Shown here piece by piece: positions 25,161-35,932 of a stretch of DNA of 64,000 nt. Under the pieces are notes generated by a model, which was not told the origin of the DNA, ran no database searches, and saw only the letters and a list, made by a program, of their open reading frames with translations. The DNA is taken from the NCBI GenBank assembly GCA_965603825.1, contig CBFDEM010000028.1, positions 1 to 64,000 of the forward strand, written 5' to 3'. This stretch comes from Blepharisma stoltei ATCC 30299. Its lineage: Eukaryota > Protista > Ciliophora. Numbering within the stretch: position 1 is the first letter of the stretch; the number at the start of each line of letters is the position of its first letter. The position numbers and the translations under genes are program-made.

Positions 25161-28100
25161 TTAAGAAAAATGAAATGCCTCATTGCCTTCAGTCATTGCA
25201 TACTTCATTTGCTTCTTTAAAATCTCTTTAGAGGAGTATTCAGGGACTTTTAAGTAATTTTGGCAAGTCATCACACTTGGCAAATACTCGTCAGGGCTGC
25301 TTCCTTGAACTGTGGGGTCTTTTTTCACAATCGTTAAAGGAGGGTGAAGGCCTTTAAAGCTACCCAGCGGCAGTCTTGGACTTCCGGTGCAGAATTTCAA
25401 GAAAAGCTGCTTTTCGCCAGCATCAAAGCTTTCCATGATATGCAATAAGTCTTGAAAAGTCCCTGAATCCTTGGAGTATCCATGTGCAGGCATTATTGCG
25501 TCTGCTAGGATTGAAAACTCCCATATTTCGTTATTTTTTCCACATATGACTTCTTCCAGCTCCTCAGGCTCAAACACTTCTAAAGACACGACCGGTATCA
25601 TTTTCTCGAAGCCTTTTCGGAATGCTTCAGCTTGGTAATTTTGAAGCAGCGTATACTCACACACCAAATTTATGTATTCTTCTAGCGTTTCTAGGCTCAC
25701 AAATATATTTTTCCCATTCGGTTTTAAGTCAATTGACTCATAGCCAGGAAGAGTAAAAGTTAAGTGAAGGTCACAAATTGAGGAGCCTTTGTATTTTACT
25801 TGCTTAAGCTGCTTGTATTGGTAGTCAGGGTCGCTGAATTCTTCATTAATTCATGAAGCTTGATTTGCAAGCTCTTGAAACTGCAATAAATGCCGGCCTA
25901 GACTAGAGTCAACTTTAATCAGATCAGAAAGATATATCGGCTTGCGAAGGACAAGCTTTCAAAATACAGGCGAAAAGTTCAGATTTATAAGTTTATCATC
26001 ATAAATTGCTTTGGCCACCAATTTCCCGATGAAATAAAACATCTGAGCGTTGCATTCTAAGTTCTGTGATTGAATAGGTGCTGGAAATAAGCCATTTGCA
26101 GCATCAGATCTCCAAAGGTCAAGCTTTTTTATTTCTTCGCTTATCAAGCTATAAAACTCAAGAGTTGGTCCTAAGCCTGTTCCTTCCTCATCAACAAAAT
26201 CAAATTCAAGCAAGCCATATTTCAGCAGCTCAGAGTCGCCAATTATCCTTATTCCTGCCTCTAAAACGTTGTCTCTAGGTACCATCGCTTTTTGCCGAAG
26301 CATCCTGACAGAAAAAGCTTTTCCACGGTTTGAGTAAAAATATAGTGACCGGTCTCCTCCAAAGCCAACAATTCGAAAAACGTCGTATCTTTGATTGAAG
26401 CTTAAAACACTTGGAAACTTGCTTGCAAGTCAGAAAATTCAGTCTGAAGTCATACCACCAACGACAGCGAGCAAGTCAGAAATTTGTTTGGAGACTAGAG
26501 CTGTGAGTTTTTGGCTTGTAAATAGAGATGAAGGAAGTAAGCTGCTTGCAATTGGGTTTATAGGAAAATTAAATAGCAGAGAAGAAGGGGATAGCAAATA
26601 TTTTATATTGTCGTTTAATAGGTAAATAAATTTGAGCAGGCGTAGCGTGCTGTACACTTTTTCTGAGGAGTTGATTGATAATTTGGATGAATCATTTATA
26701 ATTTGACTGAGGTAGTCGGGGCCTGGCATTATGTATCGAGAGCACTCATCATTTTCTTCTCTTTCTATTGCGAAATAAAATTTCAGTGTTAAAATGTCAT
26801 CAACCTCGTATTTGTTTATTATTTCAAAAAGACTCATTTTTTTATGAAGAACCTCTCCATTCAGCTCTATTATTGCTTTGATTCTGGTTTCCTCAGCCAT
26901 GCTACTTTTTCTGTTCACAATATTCATCGCTTCTATCGGCTGATTTACATCAATCATTTCACTTTCCCCCACAATATCCATTTTCCCCTCAATTTCTCTT
27001 TTCTGCATCTGGATTTCATCAATCAAATTTTCAAATCCTTCACTTCTTATCCCCATTTCCTCAAGCTTTGCATTTAGATCTGAAGCCCCACTTAGGAAAA
27101 GCTGCATTTTTATATGCTGCTTTGTGATATTGAACTGCTCAGGACTGAGTCCTTTTTGCTCATTTTTTTCGAAAGAGCTGACGAGGAATTCAATGTTTTC
27201 TGCACTTCTGACTTTTAGCAGAGCGTCAATAATTGTCTCAAGCGTGATGTATTGCTCAAGAATCAATGAGACAGATCCAATTGAGCTGAACAGTTGATGC
27301 TTGCTTTCAAGTTCAAAACAATGGTCTTTTGTATATGGAGAATTCAGATTCATTTTTTCTGGATCGTAAAGGAGCTTGAGTCTTATTCTGCTTGACAGAG
27401 TCCTCATACTGTGAAAAATGTTGGAAAAGCCGGTTATTGTTTCATATAATAAAATCCCAAATTGCTGTGTGTATCTGATCGACCTTATTAATAATGAAAT
27501 CAAATTTGCTAAATGAGTTTGGCCAGAGCTAGACGTTTCATTAAATAAGACTAAAAATTCATAAATTCTCTTTAAAGAAACTTTTGGCTTCTTTTGGTAG
27601 CTGTTTGTTAATCATTTTCATAAAGCTTCAATAATTCCTGACCCCACGAATTCGTGCAAGCTTATGTTTTTCTTATTAATTATTTCAATAAGCTGCATCA
27701 ATCTCCCAGACTCCTCATCTTCATTTAAGCTTCTTGCCAGTCTTTTTAGCTCATTCAAGTCGTAATACATATAGGTTTTTTCAAACTCTGATGCCCTCAC
27801 AAGGACACTATTTACCATATCACCCACATCTTTCGGTAGCACAATTGGGACTTTTGTATGAGTGATATCCTCTGATTCTCTATAAATCGTATATGATCTT
27901 CTGAAATTTCTGATCCTTCTGAATTCTTGACTGTCTATTTGGATGGTAGGCTCAGAATCCCTTAAGCTGGTTGATCTTATAATTCTAGGGCTCATCCTCA
28001 CATCTTTATTTGGCGTATCAGGCTTTTTATTCAATGAGTCTTCGTTTTTTAAATTTTGGATCTTGCTGATAATCCCTTCACGGATAAAATTTTCTGAAAT

Positions 28101-29423
28101 ATGCTGGGGAATTTTTTCATATAATAGCATCACTAGTTTGAGTGCAGATCGGAGAGATTCCATGTCTCGACAGTTAAAAACTTCAGATAAAAAGTTAGCG
28201 AAATGGCTCGGAGATACATAACTAATGGTAGCTTCAAGCTCTGATACAGCAAAGAGCTTGCCCATGATCTGTAGTATCAAATTTCTAAGGGTTTTGTTGA
28301 CTATTTTATCATAGATCCCTAGAAGCCTTGGGAGAATTGTGTCTCCTAGGTTTTTCAATAAATCTGGGCTTAGTCTGTAAATCTCCTCAAGTTCTTTGCT
28401 GCAAAAATCATTCTGATTTTTATTAGGAATAAGAACATCGATCAGTTGTAGGATTTCCATAAGTAAGCTATGATTTTCATTTGACGCTTGCTTTTCTTCA
28501 TCTTCTAGGACTTGTTTAATGGAATATAAAGCTCCGATATTATGGAGCATGACAATTAAATACGGTGAAGCTGCACATAAAATTTTTAAGAGTCTAAATA
28601 ACAATGGCTGAAATTCAATAAAATTTGGTATAAGTTCTATTAAATTCTGAAAAGCCCTGAAATCGCATACACTTTCGACGTTTTTCCGCAGCCGTGCTCG
28701 ATCAACTCTGGAAAACCTGAAAATGCTTTCTGTTAGCCCTAAATAAAATTGGACAGCCATATGGTTTTTTCACAAATTTCCTAGGCCTTTAAAGACCAAT
28801 AAATTTGCCATTTCTGGTAAAGACGGAATAATCCCATTCAGCATTTCTTCTGAGTTTATAGCTTTTGCGATCAAAATATCAGTTGATAAAATTCTTTTTT
28901 GTATAGCCTCTTCAAAGAAATCTAAAATATTCGCTAAAATCGAAAAAACACCTTCTCTAAGCAATGCTGACGGAGAATCGTGCGAAATTCTTTCTAGGGC
29001 TTTTATAGCGTTTTCTGCCATATCAATATACTCTAAATTCATAAGCATTCTGCAGAGAATACCAACTCCACTTTGGACCACTAGCAGATGAGAGGCATTA
29101 GGAACAGAGTCTAAAATGTGGTTTAAAGATATAATTGCGTATAAGCATATGTCAGGCAGTGATCTATTTAAGCAGTAAATCAGGGTAGAGATTGTGTGGT
29201 CAATTGGCAGAGAAATAATTGATTCTTCTGAGGCTACCGACAAATGCATGGAAAATTGCATTACTGCATTCAGTACTTCGATGTCGTCATTGGACTGCAT
29301 TTGAGAAAGAAGATGCATGTGGTTTGTGAGATTTCCTGGAGCTAATTTAAGGTTACATTCGAGTAGATTAAAGGTAGAGGAGTCAGAACGGCCTGCCATG
29401 TTTACTATTTGATATTTTTCCAT
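25161..29423 (-). CDS. TRIP12/UPL3/Ufd4-type ARM-HECT E3 ubiquitin ligase (1,420 aa)
   Basis: N-terminal ARM repeats (EYIDMAENAIKALERIS), HECT EEGTGLGPTLEFY ... LPSVMTCQNYLKVPEYS; 7 TGA=Trp join the fragments in frame. Confidence 0.92.
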
Positions 29424-29753
29424 GAATATTTTGGTTAATTTATATCGGAAATATGGTTTTCAGATATTGAAAATTGTAAATTTTTTAGGATTTTGTATAG
29501 AAAAATAATTCATTTGAAAAGAAGAGTGCTAAAAGGAAGTGAATATAAAAATAGCTTTACTTTCTATAATAGATAAACCATACAGTGTTCATTCCTAATA
29601 AAGATGTAAATCCTTCTTTATTTTCAATGGTTGGCATTTACAGTAAAACTATGTAGCAGTCATGTAATAAAAATTTATTATTGAAAACAAGTAAATTGTG
29701 CTTTTAAATAGATTCAAATTCGAATAATTTTTTATCATTAATTAATACTTCAA

Positions 29754-30542
29754 TTATGCCCACCTAGAGGTTATTTCTCTATATCTGCCATTCCAATTTC
29801 TTTCAAGAGCTTGGCATGCTCCACAATTTGGGCCATCATTAGGTCCACACCATCCATCGCAGTGTGGTACTCCTTTCATAACTTGACATCCGCAATATAT
29901 TTTCCCTGTCGTACCAATCTTTGCAATCATTCCTTTAGAATTAACTAAATAGCCTTTTGGAAGTCTTCTTGCTTGAATATCCAAAGTCATGCATGAAGCG
30001 CAGTTGCACCCTGAATTAGGACCGCAGAATCCATTGCAGCAAACACAGCTTGCTCCTAAATTTCCTCCACAATAAAACTTGCCAGTTCTGCCAATTTTAG
30101 CTATTCTTCCCTTTGCATTTACCTGATCTTCAATCCTTTTATCTTCTGTTTGAGTATTATTTTCAGACTTTTTATCAAAATCTTTAATTATTTCATTTTG
30201 ATGTGCATCTATATAATGATCCAATAGATTTTGCCTTATAAACGAAGCACTACAATATTTGCATAGAGCAGGGACTTTTATGCACTTTTTCAGGTGGTCT
30301 TCTGAGTTATTGTTTTCTGTGCGATACTCACAAAATTCGCAAGTCCATGGTAAAAATCCAATAATTCTTCGAAGTGCTTTATTAGGATGAAATTGTGGAT
30401 GTTTAAATCGGCAGTTTGGGCAGGACTGGAGGCTTGGGGTGCATTCTTCGCAAAAGATTGAAGCGCAACAAGAAGATTCAACTGCCTTGCTGCAAATTTC
30501 TATGCAAATAGAGCATTGAAAATGCTCGATAAAATTTTCCAT
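29754..30542 (-). CDS. RING + TRAF/SIAH-like Zn finger protein with a duplicated C-terminal Cys-rich module
   Basis: CSICIEIC..SCCASIFCEEC..CPNC; CEFC..H..KC; two copies of VNxKGxxAKIGxTGKxYCG...CxGxCGPNxGxNCxxC. Confidence 0.8.
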   Translation of the reverse strand: MENFIEHFQCSICIEICSKAVESSCCASIFCEECTPSLQSCPNCRFKHPQFHPNKALRRIIGFLPWTCEFCEYRTENNNSEDHLKKCIKVPALCKYCSASFIRQNLLDHYIDAHQNEIIKDFDKKSENNTQTEDKRIEDQVNAKGRIAKIGRTGKFYCGGNLGASCVCCNGFCGPNSGCNCASCMTLDIQARRLPKGYLVNSKGMIAKIGTTGKIYCGCQVMKGVPHCDGWCGPNDGPNCGACQALERNWNGRYREITSRWA

Positions 30543-31384
30543 TTACAACAGAAGGATTAACTTTTGAGATTTATAGATTTCATCTTAATTAGTGAACTTA
30601 AAAATGTTTAATTATAGGAAAGAAAAACATATAAGGATAAATTGCAAGACCCTTGTACGAACGGAAAAATATTTTAATATTTATAATTAGAAAAAGGATC
30701 AACACCATATTTTACTTTATAAACGGGTTTAATGTTTCGTTTTTTATTTTTCATTCATAAATCTTTACATTAATTTAGTGGTCAAACTTTAAACTCCTTG
30801 CTTTAAATATTAAGTTTTCTTTAATTTCTTTGAAACTATTAGCCTCTAGACCTCTGAGGTGAGAAGAAGATAAGACTTCAGCTTATAAATTTTGATTAGA
30901 TCTATTGGAATTCCCCTTTTATAAATGTTGATTAGATGATAAATCGCTTGCAGCTGAAATTTTGAAATCTTTCGCAGAAATATCAACTATTAGCAGATTC
31001 ACAAAAGAAGGCGTAACTCGCTTTGTTTCTAAAGCAGCTCAACCTGCATAGACCTTCTATCAGTGTAATTTTGTGACTGCCGAAATCAGTGATTTTACGG
31101 AACTAGTCTTCATCAGTTAACACATTTTGGGCTACATAAGATTTAATCTCTGTAAATGATTATTTTGCTATGTAAATTCTATGGCAAGGATAAGACAGGC
31201 GCTATATAATTTAATCCTTTGCCAATCAAAAGGCGAACCCGGTTGAGGTGGAAAAATAGTTTACCACCTGAGCAGTATTTAAGGATTAAATAAAACCTTT
31301 CGATATTTTGCAAAGTGTCGAAGAGTTTATGACTAAAGAATAGCTCCAAGTATCATGCAAACAAATATATATAACAAAAAATAA

Positions 31385-31774
31385 ATGAAAATAAATATCC
31401 ACATAAGTGGGCAAACCTTAGTAGTTGATTGCGCAAATGGAAGGCAAAAGATTCATTGGCTAGGATCAGTAGCTATTCATAGAATTGACAAAAATTACGG
31501 CCTTGATTTAGGAATGTTCAGAGTTATTCAGTCTGAAGATGGGCAATATTTGAATCTGGAAAGTCACATTTCTGATCTCTTGAAGGACAACTCTCAGGTT
31601 TGGGTTGTACTTCAAGGAGAAGATGATCCTATTAAGCACGAAGAATCAAAGCGAGACCCAAGGAGAGGCACGAGTCCGAACTCCAAAAACAATTTCTTAC
31701 GGACCAGCCCTCCATCAAAAAATAGCCTTGCAAGGAATAGTCCTCCTTCTATTCTGAGGAAAACTGCAAAATAA
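31385..31774 (+). CDS. Hypothetical protein with N-terminal ubiquitin-like (Par3/HAL-N-like) domain and SP-rich tail
   Basis: 129 aa ORF; MKINIHISG..VDCANGRQKIHWLG suggests a beta-grasp fold (recognised by eye only). Confidence 0.6.
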   Translation: MKINIHISGQTLVVDCANGRQKIHWLGSVAIHRIDKNYGLDLGMFRVIQSEDGQYLNLESHISDLLKDNSQVWVVLQGEDDPIKHEESKRDPRRGTSPNSKNNFLRTSPPSKNSLARNSPPSILRKTAK

Positions 31775-32009
31775 TAACATAATAATTCAGCTTTTCATCT
31801 CCTTATTTTCAGTATTTTCATAGGTCTTCCCAACTACAGTATATTGGATATAACTTTTCTTATTAGATTCTTTTAGTCAACTAATACAATTTTTCTAAAT
31901 AATTTGATACAATATTTTACTAATAGCCCCGAATCATAATTAGATTTCACCTATTATACCTTCTTCATCACTTTGAATTCTATTTTTCCATCTTGACAAT
32001 AATCTAATA

Positions 32010-32546
32010 ATGGGTTTGCTTTCTCTCCTTCGTAGCTTGAAACAAAACGATCGCGAAGCACGAATTCTGGTGCTAGGTCTGGACAACGCCGGCAAGACCA
32101 CTATCCTGCGAGCCCTCTCTGAAGAAGACATCAATCATATTATCCCTACTCAAGGTTTCAATATAAAATCATTGATTCACGAAGGCTTCAAGCTCAACGT
32201 CTGGGATATCGGCGGCCAAGAAACTATCAGGCCATACTGGCGAAATTACTTCGATCACACAGACGGACTTGTCTTTGTTATTGATAGCGCTGATAGAAAC
32301 CGCCTGCAGGAAGCCGGGCAAGAGCTGCAATCTTTATTAGAAGATGACAAACTTGCAGGAACTCCTGCTCTGGTCTTCGCTAACAAGCAAGATTTGCTTC
32401 AGGCACTTCCTGCAGACGAAATTTCTGATGCCCTGAATTTGCACTTAATAAGAGACAGACAATGGTGTATTATGGCCAGCTCTGCAAGGACTGGAGAAGG
32501 GCTTCAAGAAGGCATGGAGTGGCTTGTGAAGACTATTCAGAAGTAA
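32010..32546 (+). CDS. ARL3: ADP-ribosylation factor-like GTPase 3
   Basis: [39 protein letters not shown]; canonical ARL3. Confidence 0.95.
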   Translation: MGLLSLLRSLKQNDREARILVLGLDNAGKTTILRALSEEDINHIIPTQGFNIKSLIHEGFKLNVWDIGGQETIRPYWRNYFDHTDGLVFVIDSADRNRLQEAGQELQSLLEDDKLAGTPALVFANKQDLLQALPADEISDALNLHLIRDRQWCIMASSARTGEGLQEGMEWLVKTIQK

Positions 32547-32575
32547 TAAGCTTATTTCTAGATTTAAAACATTAA

Positions 32576-34282
32576 TTAGCTTGTGGACATCCGCATGGGA
32601 GAGGAGGTGTAGGACCCTCGGGGCGGGGCTTTATCAGTGATAAAGGAGGTGTCATCCATTGCAGAGAAGCTGAGACGGTCTTTACCGGTGCCTGGCTTTC
32701 GGCTGGGAAGGGTAGGCTTGGAGTTACTTTGAGTGGAGGGCTCGCCGTTAAATTGGATGACTTTTTTTAAAAAGGCGAGGCGTTTCATAAGGAGGGAAAC
32801 GTTGGCGTCACTGTCGTTGCGAGATGGAGGCCGGAGAGCGGGGGCTAGTACGTTCATTTGGGCCTGCTCAAAGGAGAAAATCAGCTTTTTGATGATATCG
32901 TTTACAAAGTGCAGATTTTCAAGACGAGCCATTTCCTCTTCTTTGACACGCGCTTCGATTGCGAAAATTCGGGCTTCAGAAACATGGGCTGGCTCCATCA
33001 CATTGGCGACCCAGCGGTCAAAATCAGTTCGCATTTTTTTGATTTCGAGATGAATTCGTCTGAAGTTTTCATGATTTTCAGTTTTTTCATCAGTGAAAGA
33101 CTCAATGAACTTCTCTAAGTCGCTTTCTTGGATTTTTTTATAGTCAAATATTTGTTGCTCAATTTCAGCTGTGGCCTCTTTTAATTCTATGCTGTGCTTT
33201 TCGACTATTTCATTAATTTTTATTGAAAACTCACCAGTAACTTCCACTCTATCTTGGTCAATCTTTGTAGTGATTTCTTTAAGCTTTTCATCAATAATTT
33301 CCGCTATTTTAGTGTTTTCTTTCCTTAGGGTTTTTCCTAGCGCTTCTATTTTTTTCTTTGTGTGGCTTTTTAGGTCTTTTACACTTTCTGTTAGTTTTTC
33401 TTCGATTTTTTTATTAAACTGTTTTATTACGTCATAGTCTTCTAGCAACTCCTGGTTTTTTATTTTTAACTCGTCTTGGCCTTTTTGGTACTCACTGAAC
33501 TTTTCTTCAACTTTTACGCTTCATCTGTTGATATACAGCAACTTTTCTTCAACTTCTCTGCAGATTTTGTCAAGAGAGTCTTTATAAAAATCAATCTTTT
33601 CGTAAGCTCTTTGGATTTCTAGCCCAAAATCATGAACTGTTGTATCTATTTTTTCATAGATTTCTTCTTGGTTATCATTTAGCTCTTTCACAATTTTTTC
33701 TTGTCTTCCGACCCTAATTTTCAATATAGACCGGTTCAGGTATTTATAGATAAGCTTCTTGATAAGATCTAAAGAATACATTCTTGGCTTCTTCATATCA
33801 GTTTCCACTTTTTCTAACTTTTTCTCTTCGCCGAATGTTAGCTTGCTTAGCAAGCTTTTTGGAGCTTCATTCTTTGATTTATTTTCATCATTTTCAGTAA
33901 AGATTTCATCTTCGTCTTCAGAATGCTCTGATATGACGATATCAGGGTTTTGCTCGAAGTCTTTGCTAGTTATTTCAGTCTGCATAACTGCTTCTTGGAT
34001 CTTTGGCTTTTCTTTGAGTTTTTCAACATCTTGCTTGACAATTTTTAATTTTTTTTCAACAGTCCCAACCATGTCTTTGATTTGGTCGCTTGTTTGTTCT
34101 GTATTAGCCCTTAACAGTTTTTCTAAGTTTTGTATTTTAAAGCAAATGCTTGCAATTGATTCTTCAGATTCTTTGACTTTTACTCAGTCTTGGATTGAAC
34201 CGACTTGTCTAGCCAGATGTGCGAAACTAGATGGAATGATAGCTGGAATATTTTCCCAGTCCTGAGGGCTGTACTCTGCCAT
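32576..34282 (-). CDS. Hypothetical long coiled-coil protein (568 aa)
   Basis: ATG at 34282 (MAEYSPQDWENIP); two TGA=Trp join the 33521-34072 and 32576-33448 ORFs in frame. Confidence 0.75.
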
Positions 34283-34350
34283 TTGCAATAATTAAATTAT
34301 GAAATTTTATTTATGCTTTAATATGATGGCTTACTACAAAATAGCCATGA

Positions 34351-34533
34351 GGTGTCATTACTGGAGAAGAGCTTATCAACCACTATAGTTCTCTAAGAAT
34401 AACGATTTGACAAAAATTACCCAAGAAAGCCTATGTTTCAAGATCTTGGAACAAGCAATGGTCACCGAAATATCAGTTATTTATTAACGAAATTATTTCA
34501 ATCACACATTTTTATTGATAGCGCTGCATGCAA
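34351..34533 (+). pseudogene. Decayed ARL3 gene relic
   Basis: 34488-34508 matches ARL3 32241-32261 at 19/21 nt; 34512-34526 is identical to ARL3 32278-32292; collinear weaker matches upstream; deletions present and the Trp TGG has become TAA. Confidence 0.7.
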
Positions 34534-34591
34534 AGGGAATAGTAGTGTATTATCCACTTCCATTTTATTTAGCTGTTTTCATTTTGATATT

Positions 34592-35125
34592 ATGAGTTTG
34601 CTATCCTCTCTTCGAGGCTTTAAAAAAAGTGATTGTGAGTCAAAGATCCTGATTCTGGGATTTGATAATGCTGGCAAAACCACAATCCTGCAATTTCTCT
34701 CTGGAGAAGAAATTAGGAATAATTTTACTCCTGGTTTCAACTTACAATCATTGACCAATGAAAACTTCAGGTTCTTAGCCTGGGGCATCGATGGACGAGA
34801 AAATATGAGGCCAATCTGGCGAAATTACTTCGATCATGCAGATGGCCTTATCTTTGTTATTGATAGCGTCGATAGAAACCGCATGCAAGAAATTGGGCAA
34901 GAGCTGCAATATTTATTTGAAGATGACAAACTTGCAGGGATTCCTGTTTTGATCTTCGCTAACAAGCAGGATTTTCTTCGCGCGCTTTCTGCAATCGAAA
35001 TTTCTAATGCCTTGATGTTGCATTCAATAAGAGATAGAGATTGGTGTATCATACCCAGTTGCTCAAGGACTGGTGAAGGGCTTCAAGAAGGCATGAAGTG
35101 ACTTGTGCAGACAATTCAAAAGTAA
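34592..35125 (+). CDS. Divergent ARL3 paralog (putative pseudo-GTPase)
   Basis: Collinear with ARL3 from ATG 34592; TGA at 35099 aligns to ARL3 TGG; same LVxTIQK-TAA end; Gly2 lost; WDIGGQ changed to WGIDGR. Confidence 0.8.
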
Positions 35126-35932
35126 TTAAACTTGCCTCGAGATTCAAAAATTTCTAGATATCTTCAACAATTTATTTTTTGTTAACTTTATACCAATTGA
35201 ATTAACTAGAAAAATTAATTTAAAAGCAATAGTTCTGTGAGGTCTCACTCTTGTATGCTTTAATCATTTTAAATGAAGGATTAGAGTTTATTTTTTGTTA
35301 TTGCGAGCTCCAATAAGAATTAGGATAATTAATAGCCTAAATAAGTTAGTAGGTATTGGAAAAGTTCTCCTATAAAAGAAGCTCGCGTACTTGCGATGAA
35401 ATTGTCTTTTAAGCAGGAGAATGGATACAAAGTAGAATTTTCTTTACTCTTGGGTTTCAGTGTTGAGTGGAAGCTTATTGGTATTTGTAGATTTCATCAA
35501 GGGATGAGAGCTTCTTGGCTTAAGAATTAGCTTGCTAAGATCTGATAGCTACAGAAATATTTATCTACAATAATTATATAAAATTCTGCTTCCCATTTCT
35601 GCCGATAAATTTTGTTTCTCAGTGGAGTAAAAGATATAAGTCCTATCCAAATTGCGGACATTTCAATTTCAATGTTAGAAAAGCAGCCAAACCTGCTAGA
35701 TGCAAACTAACCAAATTAGTATTCGACTCTTAGCTTGAAGCCCCTATCATTTTCTGTAATCTTAAGGTTTAGATTTTTTGATTTAGATTGCAGATTGGCC
35801 TTCGTCATTTTAATTTAAAATCTGTTTCAATCATTTCTTTTGTATCTTTTGCCTTGCTTGCAATAAATGATCTTTTGCTTTTCAATTCTGAGTGATTTAT
35901 TTCATGCAATTATTGAATTTATAATAGTTTAT

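Noticed and set aside
30779-31050. ~90-codon + strand frame open under TGA=Trp
   Set aside because: No ATG, no valid upstream intron donor and no recognisable motif; at most a gene relic.
32733-34265. Antisense ORFs over the coiled-coil gene, and similar shadow ORFs elsewhere
   Set aside because: Ser/Phe/Leu/Ile-rich mirror translations of Glu/Lys-rich coding strands, with no independent features.
34433-34591. N-terminal extension of the ARL3 paralog given in the ORF track
   Set aside because: ATG 34592 aligns with the ARL3 start; the extension overlaps the decayed ARL3 relic.
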